From assembly GCA_965208835.1 (NCBI GenBank), contig OZ242358.1, positions 2,240,001 to 2,304,000 of the forward strand: 64,000 bases of DNA, read 5' to 3'. Made by a program: the position numbers and the translations under genes. The first letter of the stretch is position 1. Every line of letters starts with the position of its first letter. The notes under the pieces are model-generated. The model saw nothing but the letters and a program-made list of their open reading frames with translations. It searched no databases and was not told where the DNA came from. Below are positions 18,558-29,264 of this stretch, piece by piece. This DNA comes from Candidatus Latescibacterota bacterium. GTDB taxonomy: Bacteria; Latescibacterota; UBA2968; GCA-2709665.

Positions 18558-19157
18558 ATGAACCCGCACTGCGCACAGCGTGCTGTTGCGAGGACAATAT
18601 CGGCGTTGTTCAGCCCCCCGCTTGCGGCGGGCGGTATGTCGCTCCTGCTGATTTCCCGGGTCACGGCGCCGCCGGTTCATCGCGCTGGGTGGCTGGGTAT
18701 CGCTTTGCTGTTTGTGACCTGTCTGCCGATGCTGTATGTGGGTGTTCTTGTGGCGCGCAAGAAGGTGGATGGGTTCTATATCTCGGAACGGTCCAGCCGG
18801 CAGATGCCGCTCCTGGTGAGCTCCTCGAGCTGTTTAGCTGGATTTGTCCTTCTGCGGGCCACCGGCGCGCCGCCGCCTTTGTGCGCGTTCCTGCTCAGCT
18901 ATGTCGTATTGGGGCTGGTGGCCGCCGCGACGAACGCGCGATGGAAGATCAGCCTGCACGGCGCGGGTGTGTGCGGCCCGCTCGCAATGCTCCATCATCT
19001 GCTCGGGCTTTCAACCGTATACTGGCTGCCCGTTCCACTCGCGGTTTCGTGGGCGCGCATGGCGCTTGGTGCGCACTCTTTCCCTCAGATCGCGGCGGGC
19101 TGCGGGATCGGATTTGTCGTCGTTCGGGTCGTAACAGCCCTGTATTCGTCCCACTGA
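18558..19157 (+). CDS. PAP2-like integral membrane protein
   Basis: Several TMs, WKISLH and SWARMALGAHS motifs. Confidence 0.75.
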   Translation: MNPHCAQRAVARTISALFSPPLAAGGMSLLLISRVTAPPVHRAGWLGIALLFVTCLPMLYVGVLVARKKVDGFYISERSSRQMPLLVSSSSCLAGFVLLRATGAPPPLCAFLLSYVVLGLVAAATNARWKISLHGAGVCGPLAMLHHLLGLSTVYWLPVPLAVSWARMALGAHSFPQIAAGCGIGFVVVRVVTALYSSH

Positions 19158-19228
19158 ACTCGCTCAGTCGTGTTCAGACCCGGAAACAGACCGCCGAGAT
19201 CATCGTGCATTTGACAAACTCAGCGTAA

Positions 19229-19389
19229 GAAGCTGTCTTAAAACCCCCAGCGGTCTTCGCGCGGCTGCAAAAGCGTCGGTCTGCGTTGGTCAAATCCGCC
19301 CGTATACCCAAATATGGGCGAATTTGCCCGCCTTGACCGACACATTTTCGCTCGCGCTCGGGACTCACCAGGAATTTTAAAACAGCTTC
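19229..19389. mobile_element. MITE family B copy
   Basis: TIRs GAAGCTGTCTTAAAA and TTTTAAAACAGCTTC; TAA duplicated on both sides. Confidence 0.88.
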
Positions 19390-19414
19390 TAATGTCTGCC
19401 CCGTCTCAGGTCGA

Positions 19415-20644
19415 CTATTCCAGATAGACTTCCGTATCCTGCCAGAATGTGATCCAGGCGAACCAGAACGCGCTGTGCCCCGGAATTTGCTGCAGTACGC
19501 TGTCTTTCAGGGGACCCGCAATCGCCCGGCCCTTCAAGTCCCAGGTGGAGCGCGTCTCCCGGTCCCGCATCATAAAGGGATATGTCTGAGAGGTCGACGG
19601 AACTCTGTCGAAGACCAGGGTCCGCTGCCCGTATTTACGACTGAAGGCGGCAGCCATCTGTTCGGCGCCGAACCAGATCACCACGATGTCTCTTTCCGAA
19701 AGCACGTCATTGATCACCGCCGCGTCGCCCAGGGCGGACGCGGGGTATGCCTTTGCCTTTTCTATAAACCGAACTCCGAAAGTCAGTTCCTTCGGCGAAA
19801 AAAGTCCGGCGAGGGGGTTGTCCTCAAGACTTGGAAACACCTGGAACCGCGGCGCAGACTCAGGGTCCCGGTATGATCCATAAGGGTATGTATTATAATA
19901 ACTTGTATCGTACGCGCCCGGTGTGTTGATGCTGATAACGAACGTGTCAGGATGGATTTTCTTCCAGTATCGCCATGTGGTTTCGACGAAGGGCGGGGTA
20001 TTCAGAACCCATCCGGCCCTGACGCCCGAGATGCCCGTATGAGTCATCTGGGGATAGCGAATCTGGTCGTCATTCAAGTCGTACATGATCAGGTTGTTGT
20101 TGAAGAGTTCTCCGGATGCGCCGAACTTCAGCCGGTTGATCGCGCCGCCGCTCCACGCCGCGAATACGATGCCGCTGCCGGTGAGCGGCGAGAATGTGAC
20201 CGCGATTGGCTGCCCGCCGATACGATCGTTGACGATCTGGTGGTACCAGGCCATCTTGTGGGGGTAGGCCTTGGAGACGCCGTTGAGCCGTACGCCGATG
20301 ACAAGGTCTTCGTCCGACAAATATCGGGCTTCCGCGGAAGCAGCCGGAACAAACCTCGGGTCGATCAGGGCGCGCGTGGCGTCCTTTTGATCGGCGCGCT
20401 CGATCTTGTCGTGTGGAAATGTCAGCGGGTTGAGAAAATTTCGCCCGGTGAACCCACCCGATCCGACGCGGCTGGAGTCTGCACCGCTCCGCGCGTCGTC
20501 CTGGAGGACGGTCCTGAAGGTTTGGCCGCCTGAGCTTTCGGACTCATCGGTTGAATCGACAGGCGCCTCATTGCCGCACCCGCCGATGCACACGAGGAGC
20601 AGGGGGAGTCGAAGACCGAATGGAATTCGCGCTGTCAATGGCAT
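19415..20644 (-). CDS. DUF3179 family lipoprotein (Cys-less SPLT variant)
   Basis: Lipobox-like IGGC; KAYPHK, HQIVND, FSPLTGS, NNNLIMYD, FWFAW. Confidence 0.85.
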   Translation of the reverse strand: MPLTARIPFGLRLPLLLVCIGGCGNEAPVDSTDESESSGGQTFRTVLQDDARSGADSSRVGSGGFTGRNFLNPLTFPHDKIERADQKDATRALIDPRFVPAASAEARYLSDEDLVIGVRLNGVSKAYPHKMAWYHQIVNDRIGGQPIAVTFSPLTGSGIVFAAWSGGAINRLKFGASGELFNNNLIMYDLNDDQIRYPQMTHTGISGVRAGWVLNTPPFVETTWRYWKKIHPDTFVISINTPGAYDTSYYNTYPYGSYRDPESAPRFQVFPSLEDNPLAGLFSPKELTFGVRFIEKAKAYPASALGDAAVINDVLSERDIVVIWFGAEQMAAAFSRKYGQRTLVFDRVPSTSQTYPFMMRDRETRSTWDLKGRAIAGPLKDSVLQQIPGHSAFWFAWITFWQDTEVYLE

Positions 20645-20802
20645 CACGTCGGTTTGTCTCGTGGGAGGATATCGGAAGTTTTCAATCTCCCGCGCGGGCT
20701 GGCCGGCGATACTGCGGGATGCGGGATTCCCGTTTTCGGGGTGCAAATTACCCGGCCCCGCAGAGGCGGGACCGGGCCAGGTTTATTTCGTTCTGCCAGG
20801 GC

Positions 20803-21429
20803 CTACCTGAAGAACATCGACACCCCGACCGTCGCAACGTGGCGGTTCAGGCGCCGGCCGTCGTTAAACAGCGCAATGTAAGTGTACCGGGTGGTCAGGG
20901 CCGTCCGGTTGGATATTGACCTCCTGAACCCCGCGCCTCCGCCCATTTCACTCACGCCTGCCCATCCCCAGTAGTCTTTGGCAGCGAACACCTCGAGGAA
21001 CGGGGACGTTCGCCTGTCCAAACGCAGCGGAATGTTGAGCCTGTAGAAGCCCGACAGTGAGGATCCGAATCCGTCTTCGGCTGACACGGGATATCCGGCC
21101 GTGGTCTGCACGGGCGGGACCGGCGTCGCGACGATTTCGGCTTGATCTCCAAAGCGATCGTACGCCCGGTTACCCACCACGAAGGCCCCGCCGATCTGGT
21201 GCAGCCGGCTCAATGCATAGCCTACCGACACACCGCCCCTATAGAACACTTCACCACCGTCGTTAATACCAGCCGACAGAATCGGAATAACCTCGAGGCG
21301 CCCCGCCCGAACGGGACTCAACGTCAGCCCTGTTTCATCTTCGGGCTCCTCCCCGGGGAACATTTCAGCGCGAGCCGGCGTTCCCCACATCAGCAGGCCG
21401 GCAGTCAGAAAAACGATAGCGGCATTCAT
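20803..21429 (-). CDS. exported protein, probable outer-membrane beta-barrel
   Basis: Signal peptide (ARA), alternating beta-strand pattern, C-terminal VGVSMFF. Confidence 0.6.
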   Translation of the reverse strand: MNAAIVFLTAGLLMWGTPARAEMFPGEEPEDETGLTLSPVRAGRLEVIPILSAGINDGGEVFYRGGVSVGYALSRLHQIGGAFVVGNRAYDRFGDQAEIVATPVPPVQTTAGYPVSAEDGFGSSLSGFYRLNIPLRLDRRTSPFLEVFAAKDYWGWAGVSEMGGGAGFRRSISNRTALTTRYTYIALFNDGRRLNRHVATVGVSMFFR

Positions 21430-21528
21430 GGCACAGTCCTTTCGTCAAGAGGTGTACGTTTCCTGACCAGCGGACATCCTTCCGGTGACGGCTACCGGGG
21501 TTGCACACGCCGTTGCCGTCGTACAGCT

Positions 21529-21813
21529 TCAGATACATCCCGGAACGGAAGCGCCCCTGACCAGCATGGCGTCGTTGTCTTCAACCGGTCCTGTATAGCG
21601 GCATCTCGCGCTGACGTAGTGCGTGGCATAGCCCCGTCGGCGCAGGTTGGACCTGTTCGGCAAGCTGGAGTGCAGAATCAGCCCGTGGTGAAAACTGCAA
21701 CTGCCTGCCTTCAGTTCGATGGGCCGTTCTTCCGGCAGCCTGCCGTCCAGATCTTCAACAACCAGCACGCCTTCTTCCCGGAATCGAGCCACCTGCGCTT
21801 CGGACAGCTTCAT
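21529..21813 (-). pseudogene. internally deleted phytanoyl-CoA dioxygenase family gene
   Basis: N-terminus MKLSEAQVARFREEGVLVVEDL joins directly to the C-terminal ELKAGSCSFHHGLILHSS...PNRS; 94 aa, no HxD. Confidence 0.7.
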
Positions 21814-21824
21814 CTCACACCTCG

Positions 21825-22796
21825 CTACCGAACCGTTCGTCTCACACCGAAGTCGAACTCTCTCGGAAACGCATTCCCGTGGTAGGAAAGGCCGACGACC
21901 GCCATCCAGCCGGCTGGATAGTTCCGGCCGTGGACCGAAATGTCCATTGCGGTTTCCAATGTAAACCCGCGGAACGGACCCAGGCTGATCACGGGTGAAA
22001 TATAGGAAATTTTCTTGATGTCCGACTGGATTCTCGCGCCGAAGACGGTAGCGGCTTTGCCCCTGATACCGTGGATCTTTATGCCGACCAACACCGAACG
22101 TCGCAACTGCATTCCGGCTTCCGCGAGAAAGATCCACTCATCGCCGGGGTCCCGGTCGATCTCAGCATTTCTGAGGCGAAGCCGATAGCCGAAATCGCCA
22201 TTGACGTAGAAGGGCGCGGGCCAGAAGGAGCGGCCCATTTGAACGATGGCGTCGAAGTCCCACTGTCCTTCCCCGACCGGAATCAGGCCGTCTTCATTGA
22301 CAAATTCGCCGGATGGCGCCTTGAAACCGAACTTTAACGTGCCGACGGCAGGCAGGTTCAACAGATTGACCTTGAGGAATCCGCGGAAGTCCCCGAATCC
22401 GGTCGCCCTTCGGGGTTCTCCAAAGCCGGTGAGGAGTGGCGTATCCTGGTACTCCTGCCGGAAGAAGGGAAGCTGCAGGCCGACGTCGATTCTGTCCGTC
22501 GCACCGTAGAACAGATCGAAAAACAGGGCGCGGGAACGGTACTTGCCGTTAAACCGGTACCTGGCGCGGTTCCCGACGTTGTAGACCCTTGCGGGGTCCG
22601 CCCCTCTTCCCGATCCGGACGCGCCGACGTATTCTTCGTCGGTCGTCTGGCCCAGGAAGGCAACCTTGCACCAGACGTGATTCCTGGGAAGCGTCCATGC
22701 GCCTGCGAAGACGTTCCCGGGTATCTGGCAGGCAAGGGCCGGGAGCAGTGCGACCGCGGCGAACCTGAGGATCCCTTTCTTCACGTTACGCACCAC
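21825..22796 (-). CDS. outer-membrane beta-barrel (MetA-pathway/phenol degradation-like transporter)
   Basis: Signal peptide then AGAWTLP, GFGD, KAPSG, GEGQWDF, RNAEIDRDPGDE. Confidence 0.7.
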   Translation of the reverse strand: MVRNVKKGILRFAAVALLPALACQIPGNVFAGAWTLPRNHVWCKVAFLGQTTDEEYVGASGSGRGADPARVYNVGNRARYRFNGKYRSRALFFDLFYGATDRIDVGLQLPFFRQEYQDTPLLTGFGEPRRATGFGDFRGFLKVNLLNLPAVGTLKFGFKAPSGEFVNEDGLIPVGEGQWDFDAIVQMGRSFWPAPFYVNGDFGYRLRLRNAEIDRDPGDEWIFLAEAGMQLRRSVLVGIKIHGIRGKAATVFGARIQSDIKKISYISPVISLGPFRGFTLETAMDISVHGRNYPAGWMAVVGLSYHGNAFPREFDFGVRRTVR

Positions 22797-22901
22797 GGGT
22801 CGGGATCTGCGCTCGAGAACTGCACCATCGATATCAACGTTGCCGAAATCTTCAATGGCCCATCCAATCGGATATCGGGAGAGGTATTCCTCTCACCACG
22901 G

Positions 22902-24077
22902 TCAGGGCTCGTAGACCGCGGTGTCCTGCCAGAATGTCGCCCAGGCGAACCAGAATGCGTTGTGCGCGGGAATCTGATAGAGCTGGTTACCCTTGAGTTC
23001 GCCCGCCAGTGCCTGGCCCAGGAGGTTCCAGGTGGTCCCGGTCTCGAGGTCTCTCACCATAAAGTCAAACCGTCGATCTGTGGAAGGCACGCTCTCGAAG
23101 GTCAGCGTCAGATTGCCCAGATCTCGACTGTAAGGCAGTGCCATCCCCGCTGCGGCCTCGTAAACGACGAGGACACTTTGATCTTCGATCCTGTCGTTGA
23201 TTACGGCGCGTTCGTCTCCCATTTTCGAGAAGGGATAGGCCTTGGCAACGTCCCCGAATCGAACGCCCAGCACGATCTCCTTCGGTGGGTAATCGAAAAG
23301 GATGGGATTGTCGTCCGGATCGGGAAACAGGGGAAACATGGGCGCCGACGCCGGTTCCCGGTAGCCCGAGTAGGGGTACGTCGAATAGCGCTCCGGGCGG
23401 TACATGCCCGTCGAACCCGAACTGACGACCAGCGTGCCAGGATAGAGTCTCTTCCAGTTGCCCCAGGTGGTTTCGACCACCGGCATCAACGTGAGTTCCT
23501 GTTCGGTGCCGAAGCCCTTAATGCCGATATGGGTCATCTGTGGGTAGAGTGTGTCTTCGAAGCGACGGTCGTACATCACGAGATTGTTGTTGAACAGCAG
23601 ACCGGAAACGCCGAGTTCCAGCCGTCCGTTGCCCTCGCCCTGGCCGTCGAAGACCATTCCCGTGCCGGTGAGCGGGCATAGCGTAACAACGAGACGGCGG
23701 TCGCTCACGACGTCGTTAACGATTTCATGGTGCCAGCCGATATTGTGCGGGTAGGCCTTGGCGATGCCATTGAGGAATACCCCCAGTACGAGATCCTCGT
23801 CCAGCAGATAGGCGGCGTCCGCCGAACCCGCGAGGACAAAACCGGGGTCTGTCAGCGCGGGGATGCCGTCTTTGGCCACGCCGCCGCTGATCAGACGGTT
23901 CATGGGAAAGCTCGAGACGTCCAGAAAATTTCTTGACGGCAGAGTCGCCGTCCTGACTTCCCCGCCGTTGCTGCCGGCTTCAGCGGGAGACACAGGAGAT
24001 GGAGGCGCCTTGCCCCCGCAGGCGGTAAGTACGCCGGCAATAACGAACGGAAATGCCAGATGACGGAGAGGTTTCAT
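22902..24077 (-). CDS. DUF3179 family lipoprotein
   Basis: Lipobox LTAC; SGGVAKDGIPAL, HEIVND, LCPLTGT, GVSGLLFNNNLVMYDR, FWFAW. Confidence 0.9.
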   Translation of the reverse strand: MKPLRHLAFPFVIAGVLTACGGKAPPSPVSPAEAGSNGGEVRTATLPSRNFLDVSSFPMNRLISGGVAKDGIPALTDPGFVLAGSADAAYLLDEDLVLGVFLNGIAKAYPHNIGWHHEIVNDVVSDRRLVVTLCPLTGTGMVFDGQGEGNGRLELGVSGLLFNNNLVMYDRRFEDTLYPQMTHIGIKGFGTEQELTLMPVVETTWGNWKRLYPGTLVVSSGSTGMYRPERYSTYPYSGYREPASAPMFPLFPDPDDNPILFDYPPKEIVLGVRFGDVAKAYPFSKMGDERAVINDRIEDQSVLVVYEAAAGMALPYSRDLGNLTLTFESVPSTDRRFDFMVRDLETGTTWNLLGQALAGELKGNQLYQIPAHNAFWFAWATFWQDTAVYEP

Positions 24078-24404
24078 ACGTGAAGGGTCCGGTAATGGGA
24101 TCCCGTATGTGTGTTCTTCCCGGTCGTGCGCGTTCCACGGGCGTGGTCGTGTGTCTGTGCAATGAAATTTAACCAGTTTGAACCGGAAAAAAAAGTACAA
24201 TAAGGGCGAATTCCCTGTATTTTCATGGCCGGGACGGGGATTGTGCGCCGGCTTTGGTCGATCCGGCCCGCAGAACAGGCAGGCCGATGTCAATCCTGGC
24301 GGAAATGGGATTCACACCATAGTTCTTGCTTTTGCAACGAACCGTGTCTAAATTATCTATACATTTGGTCACTGTTTTTCGGCTGTTAGCGTGTCACGAG
24401 GTCG

Positions 24405-26417
24405 ATGATGAAGCGTTTTCAGGTCCAGGCGCCGTTTGAGCCCGCGGGCGATCAGCCGGAGGCCATCGCCGAATTGAGCGACGGCATTCAACGGGGCCAC
24501 CGGTTTCAGACCCTTTTAGGCGCCACCGGAACGGGCAAGACGTTTACGATTTCGAAGGTCATCGAGGCCGTACAGATGCCAACCCTCGTTATTTCGCATA
24601 ACAAGACGCTTGCGGCTCAGCTGTATGGTGAATTCAAGACGTTTTTCCCGGACAACGCGGTGGAGTATTTCATTTCCTATTACGACTATTATCAGCCCGA
24701 GGCATATAAGCCCGTGACGGATACCTTCATTGAAAAGGAAGCCGATATCAACGATGAGATCAACCGGCTCCGCCTGCGAGCGACGAGCGCGTTGATGGAG
24801 CGTCAGGATGTTATTATCGTTGCCAGCGTATCCTGCATTTACGGGATTGGCAATCCGGAAGAGTACGAAGGCATGCACGTCATGATCGACCGGGGGGACA
24901 GGGTGGACCGGGACGAACTGCTTCGCCGGCTGGTGGACATACACTACACGCGTAACGACGTTGATTTCGGCCCGGGGACGTTTCGGGTGCGCGGCGACGT
25001 GGTGGAGATCTATCGACCCGACAGGGACGATCCGGTACGCGTCGAATTCTTCGGGGACGAAGTGGACGCGATCAGTCTGGTGCAGCCTGTAACGGGAGAA
25101 GTGCTGGATAAGCGCGAACGGGCGGCGATTTATCCGGCGCGGCATTTCGTGACCAGCGGCCAGCGGATCGAGCAGGCCATCTGGCAGATCGAAATCGACA
25201 TGGCGGCGCAGCTGGAGGCGTTCAAGGGCCAGGGAAAATTGCTGGAGGCCCAGCGGCTGGAGACCCGTACGCGGTACGATATCGAAATGATGCGCGAGAT
25301 CGGCTACTGCGCCGGAATCGAAAACTACTCAAGATACATCGACGGTAGGGAGCCCGGTCAGCCGCCCCACGTGCTGCTGGATTATTTCCCGGAGGATTTT
25401 CTGATCGTCATCGACGAGTCGCACGTGACGCTGCCTCAGATCCGGGGGATGTGGAACGCCGACCGATCGCGCAAGTCGACGCTGGTGGAACACGGATTCA
25501 GGCTGCCCGCCGCTCTGGACAACCGTCCGCTGTATTTCGAGGAATTCGAAGGCAAGATAAAATCGGCGGTTTTCATGTCCGCCACGCCCGCGGACTATGA
25601 ACTCGAAGCGACGGAAGGAATCGTGGTCGAACAGATCATCCGGCCTACGGGCGTTCTGGATCCGGAGATGCTGGTGCGCCCTGTACGCGGACAGGTGGAC
25701 GATCTAATCGACGAGGTCCGGGAGCGGGTGGCCCGCAGCGAACGCGTGCTGGTGACCGCGCTGACCAAGAGAATGTCCGAGGACCTGGCGGAATATATGC
25801 GGGATCTGGGTATACGCGCCCGCTACATGCACTCGGAAATTGACTCACTCGAACGCGTCGATATCATCAGGGGACTGCGGCTGGGCGAATTCGACGTTCT
25901 GGTGGGTGTGAATCTGTTGCGTGAGGGGTTGGACCTTCCTGAAGTGTCCCTGGTGGCGATCCTGGATGCGGATAAGGAAGGATTTCTGCGCTCGACGCGT
26001 TCGCTGATCCAGACGGCGGGGCGTGCCGCCAGAAATCTGGCCGGCCAGGTCATCTTGTACGCGGACGATATGACGGACTCGATGCGCCGGGCAATCGATG
26101 AAACCGACCGCAGGCGCAGGGTGCAGCAGGCATACAACGATCGACTGGGTGTTGTGCCGCAGACGGTCTACAAGAGCCGGGATGAGATCCTTCAGACGAC
26201 CGCTGTCGCCGATGCCAGGCAGGAGGAGGCGCCGATTGCGGCAGAGGAGACGTCGGGGTACGAGGCGGGTACCGACCCGTCGGACGTGATTGCGGAACTC
26301 GAGGACAAGATGGCCAGGGCCGCGGCGGAACTGGCGTTCGAACAGGCGGCGGAATACCGGGACCGGATCAACCAGCTGAAATCGGGCATGAAGGGGGTCT
26401 CGGATGACGCCGCGTAG
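24405..26417 (+). CDS. uvrB: excinuclease ABC subunit B
   Basis: [37 protein letters not shown]-terminal UVR domain. Confidence 0.98.
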   Translation: MMKRFQVQAPFEPAGDQPEAIAELSDGIQRGHRFQTLLGATGTGKTFTISKVIEAVQMPTLVISHNKTLAAQLYGEFKTFFPDNAVEYFISYYDYYQPEAYKPVTDTFIEKEADINDEINRLRLRATSALMERQDVIIVASVSCIYGIGNPEEYEGMHVMIDRGDRVDRDELLRRLVDIHYTRNDVDFGPGTFRVRGDVVEIYRPDRDDPVRVEFFGDEVDAISLVQPVTGEVLDKRERAAIYPARHFVTSGQRIEQAIWQIEIDMAAQLEAFKGQGKLLEAQRLETRTRYDIEMMREIGYCAGIENYSRYIDGREPGQPPHVLLDYFPEDFLIVIDESHVTLPQIRGMWNADRSRKSTLVEHGFRLPAALDNRPLYFEEFEGKIKSAVFMSATPADYELEATEGIVVEQIIRPTGVLDPEMLVRPVRGQVDDLIDEVRERVARSERVLVTALTKRMSEDLAEYMRDLGIRARYMHSEIDSLERVDIIRGLRLGEFDVLVGVNLLREGLDLPEVSLVAILDADKEGFLRSTRSLIQTAGRAARNLAGQVILYADDMTDSMRRAIDETDRRRRVQQAYNDRLGVVPQTVYKSRDEILQTTAVADARQEEAPIAAEETSGYEAGTDPSDVIAELEDKMARAAAELAFEQAAEYRDRINQLKSGMKGVSDDAA

Positions 26418-26435
26418 GCGGGAAGATCGACTGGG

Positions 26436-27299
26436 ATGGCGAACCTGATGGCGTGGGATGGCCTCGATCGCGCGGTCGATGCGGCGATAGCGGAGGACGT
26501 GGGCGACGGCGATATTTCAACCGCCTGGACCGTGCGCCCGAACGTGCGGGCACGAGCCCTGCTAATTGCCAGGGCGCCAGGCGTGATCGCCGGTCTCGCG
26601 GTGGCCGAACGGGTATTTCAACGGGTCGATTCCCGAATACGGGTGACACCTCGGACCGTGGATGGCGCGCGCGTCGAAGGCGAAGATGCGGTGGCGGAGG
26701 TCGCCGGCCCGGCGCGTGGCATCCTGACGGCGGAGCGGACGGCGTTGAACTTCCTGCAGCGCATGTCCGGAATCGCAACGATCACGTCGGCCTACGTGGC
26801 CGCCGTTGAAGGGACGGGCGCCAGAATTCTGGATACCCGGAAGACTGCGCCCGGCCTCCGTATGCTGGACAAGCTCGCGGTCGTCGCCGGGGGAGGAACC
26901 AACCATCGAATCGGACTCCACGACATGGTGCTGCTGAAGGATAACCACATCGAGGCGGCGGACGGAATCGGACCGGCGGTGGCGGCGGTGAAATCGGCGA
27001 TGGCCCGGGACCGCAGACGGGTGACGATCGAAGTGGAGGTGAAGACGCTTCGCGAACTGGACGACGCGCTTGTCGCGGGAGTGGATCGAGTGATGCTGGA
27101 CAATATGGATCTGCAGACCACACGCCTAGCGGTGGAGCGGGCGAGGTCTCTCGGGCCGGAAGGCCTCCTGCTGGAAGCATCCGGCAATGTCACACTCGAA
27201 ACGGTTCGAGCCGTGGCAGAAACGGGCGTGGATCTCATCTCCGTTGGAGCGTTGACGCATTCGCCGCCCGCCATGGATCTGAGCCTGATGTTCCAATGA
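26436..27299 (+). CDS. nadC: quinolinate phosphoribosyltransferase
   Basis: ERTALNFLQRMSGIAT, DTRKTAPGLR, KDNH, MLDN, ISVGALTHS. Confidence 0.97.
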   Translation: MANLMAWDGLDRAVDAAIAEDVGDGDISTAWTVRPNVRARALLIARAPGVIAGLAVAERVFQRVDSRIRVTPRTVDGARVEGEDAVAEVAGPARGILTAERTALNFLQRMSGIATITSAYVAAVEGTGARILDTRKTAPGLRMLDKLAVVAGGGTNHRIGLHDMVLLKDNHIEAADGIGPAVAAVKSAMARDRRRVTIEVEVKTLRELDDALVAGVDRVMLDNMDLQTTRLAVERARSLGPEGLLLEASGNVTLETVRAVAETGVDLISVGALTHSPPAMDLSLMFQ

Positions 27300-28330
27300 G
27301 CGGAAAACGGCCGTGCAATCCGTCGGGCGCATCAGTCCGTACCGATGGCTTGGAAACCCCGATTGCGTATCGGGTTCTCGAGGCGCTGGGTGGAAGACGG
27401 GCAGCGTACGTTCGCGTTCCGGATATCGCCGATGCGCTCTCCTGCAAGCACGATGACGTCTGCGGCGCAATAGGCGCGATACGCCGCCTCGGCTATCCCG
27501 TCTCGGTTCGTTCCGGTGCGCGTATTCGACTGGACACCCAGACCGATGTGATCGTCCGGAGCGACCTTCTGGGACGACTCGGGACCCGTGCGCTGGGCCG
27601 TTCTCCCGTCTGCTTTCTGGAGCTCGATTCGACGAATGCCCTGGCGATCCGGGCCGCTCTGGCCGGTGCGTCGCACGGCACGGTGGTCCTTGCGGAACAT
27701 CAGAAGGCGGGGCGGGGTCGCCTGGGCAGAACGTGGTTTTCGCCGCCAGGCGCGGGGCTCTGGTTCTCACTGATACTCCGTTACGAATTGACGGCTGCAC
27801 GCGCCTGGATGCTTACGCTCGGTGCGGCCGTCGCTCTCGCCGACGCCGTGGAGGCTTTGACAGGCGTACATCCAGACGTCAAGTGGCCGAACGACCTGTA
27901 CCTGAACGATCGCAAGCTGGCGGGCATCCTTACCGAGGTGCGCGGCGGCGGCGACAGACTGGACTTCGCCGTTCTCGGCATCGGCATAAACGTCAACCAG
28001 GAGGAGGCCGACTTTCCCGCGGGCCTGCGGGATACCGCGACTTCCCTCCGGTGCGGTACGGCTCGAACATACGATCGGACGGCGCTTCTGGCGGAAGCGT
28101 TGCGGTCGCTGGAACACGTTTACGCGGGCCTGGATGCCGAGAGCATAAGGGGACGGTGGGCGGGTAAAGCCCGGATGCTGGGCAAACCGGTTTGCATCCA
28201 TACGGATGCGGGCCCGGTTCGGGGTGTGGCGGAGGACGTCGGATCCGACGGCGCGCTCCTGGTTCGGGGCGCGGACGGCGGGCTCCGGAGGGTCCTGGCC
28301 GGCGACGTGGGCGGCGATGCGAAGGTCTAG
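27296..28330 (+). CDS. birA: biotin--protein ligase with N-terminal HTH
   Basis: DSTN, QKAGRGRLGRTW, KWPND, KLAGIL, GIGIN. Confidence 0.95.
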   Translation: MSGKRPCNPSGASVRTDGLETPIAYRVLEALGGRRAAYVRVPDIADALSCKHDDVCGAIGAIRRLGYPVSVRSGARIRLDTQTDVIVRSDLLGRLGTRALGRSPVCFLELDSTNALAIRAALAGASHGTVVLAEHQKAGRGRLGRTWFSPPGAGLWFSLILRYELTAARAWMLTLGAAVALADAVEALTGVHPDVKWPNDLYLNDRKLAGILTEVRGGGDRLDFAVLGIGINVNQEEADFPAGLRDTATSLRCGTARTYDRTALLAEALRSLEHVYAGLDAESIRGRWAGKARMLGKPVCIHTDAGPVRGVAEDVGSDGALLVRGADGGLRRVLAGDVGGDAKV

Positions 28331-28393
28331 AGGTCCTTCACGACGGGGCCTTAATCAACCGTTCAAGTTTTTCGGACAGCACGCCAAACCTGA

Positions 28394-29161
28394 ATGTTTC
28401 TCACACTTGACATCGGGAATTCCAGTATCGGCTGCGCCGTGTTTGAAGGCGAGGACATGCGGACTCGCTGGCGCATGGACACGGACGCGCGGATTGACAG
28501 CGCCGGGTACTCAACGCGCCTTGGCGACGTGCTGGAAGGTGCGGGCATAGGGGTTCGTGCGCTGGATGGGGCCATTGCGTCTTCGGTGGTCAGGCATATG
28601 GCGGATGTATTGGGCAGTGCCGTCCGGTCGCTGGCGGGGTGTGATCTCATCGAGGCCGATCCCCGGACCGATCCCGGGATCGACGTCGCCGTGGAGAAGC
28701 CCGAGGCGGTTGGCGTCGACCGGCTTCTGGCTGCCGGATCCGCGTTCAGGCAGGTCGGCGGTTCCGTCATCGTGGTTGACGTCGGCACAGCCCTTACCGT
28801 CGACCTGGTTTCCGCCTCAGGTTGTTTTATGGGCGGCACGATCTCGCCGGGGCTGAAGGCCATGACGAGAGTACTTGCGTCGGATACCAGTCTGCTGCCG
28901 GAAGTGAGACTCGAAGCGCCCGCGTCGGCGGTGGGGCGCGACACGCCGGAGTGTATACGTGCGGGGGTCGTGTTCGGCGCGGCCGGAGCGGTGGATCGCG
29001 TGGTCGAAGAGCTGACCGACGCAACGGACGGAGCGCCGAGTGTCGTACTCACAGGCGGAGACGCACCGGTCCTTTCGCCCTATCTCAAATCGCCGCACCA
29101 TTCCGAACCCGACCTGGTGCTGCGCGGACTGGCATACGCGTTCCTTAAGCGCCGTCAATGA
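28394..29161 (+). CDS. coaX: type III pantothenate kinase
   Basis: LDIGNS, GVDR, VDVGTALT, GGTISPG, LTGGDA. Confidence 0.95.
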   Translation: MFLTLDIGNSSIGCAVFEGEDMRTRWRMDTDARIDSAGYSTRLGDVLEGAGIGVRALDGAIASSVVRHMADVLGSAVRSLAGCDLIEADPRTDPGIDVAVEKPEAVGVDRLLAAGSAFRQVGGSVIVVDVGTALTVDLVSASGCFMGGTISPGLKAMTRVLASDTSLLPEVRLEAPASAVGRDTPECIRAGVVFGAAGAVDRVVEELTDATDGAPSVVLTGGDAPVLSPYLKSPHHSEPDLVLRGLAYAFLKRRQ

Positions 29162-29184
29162 ACGCGGGGTGGCGGTTGGAAAGA

Positions 29185-29225
29185 AGAAAATCCCGCTGGC
29201 CGAAAAGCCTTGGGCGGGATTTCTA
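29185..29225. terminator. probable bidirectional terminator between convergent genes
   Basis: Inverted repeat AGAAAATCCCGC / GCGGGATTTTCT. Confidence 0.6.
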
Positions 29226-29264
29226 CGTACAGGCGCGCTGTTGCGGGCCGTTTTCTGCGTCCGG

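Noticed and set aside
19415-24077. Selenocysteine in the DUF3179 proteins
   Set aside because: No in-frame TGA at the motif; the codons encode SPLT and CPLT.
24300-24404. LexA/SOS box upstream of uvrB
   Set aside because: No convincing CTGT-N8-ACAG, GAAC-N4-GTTC or GTTC-N7-GTTC match.
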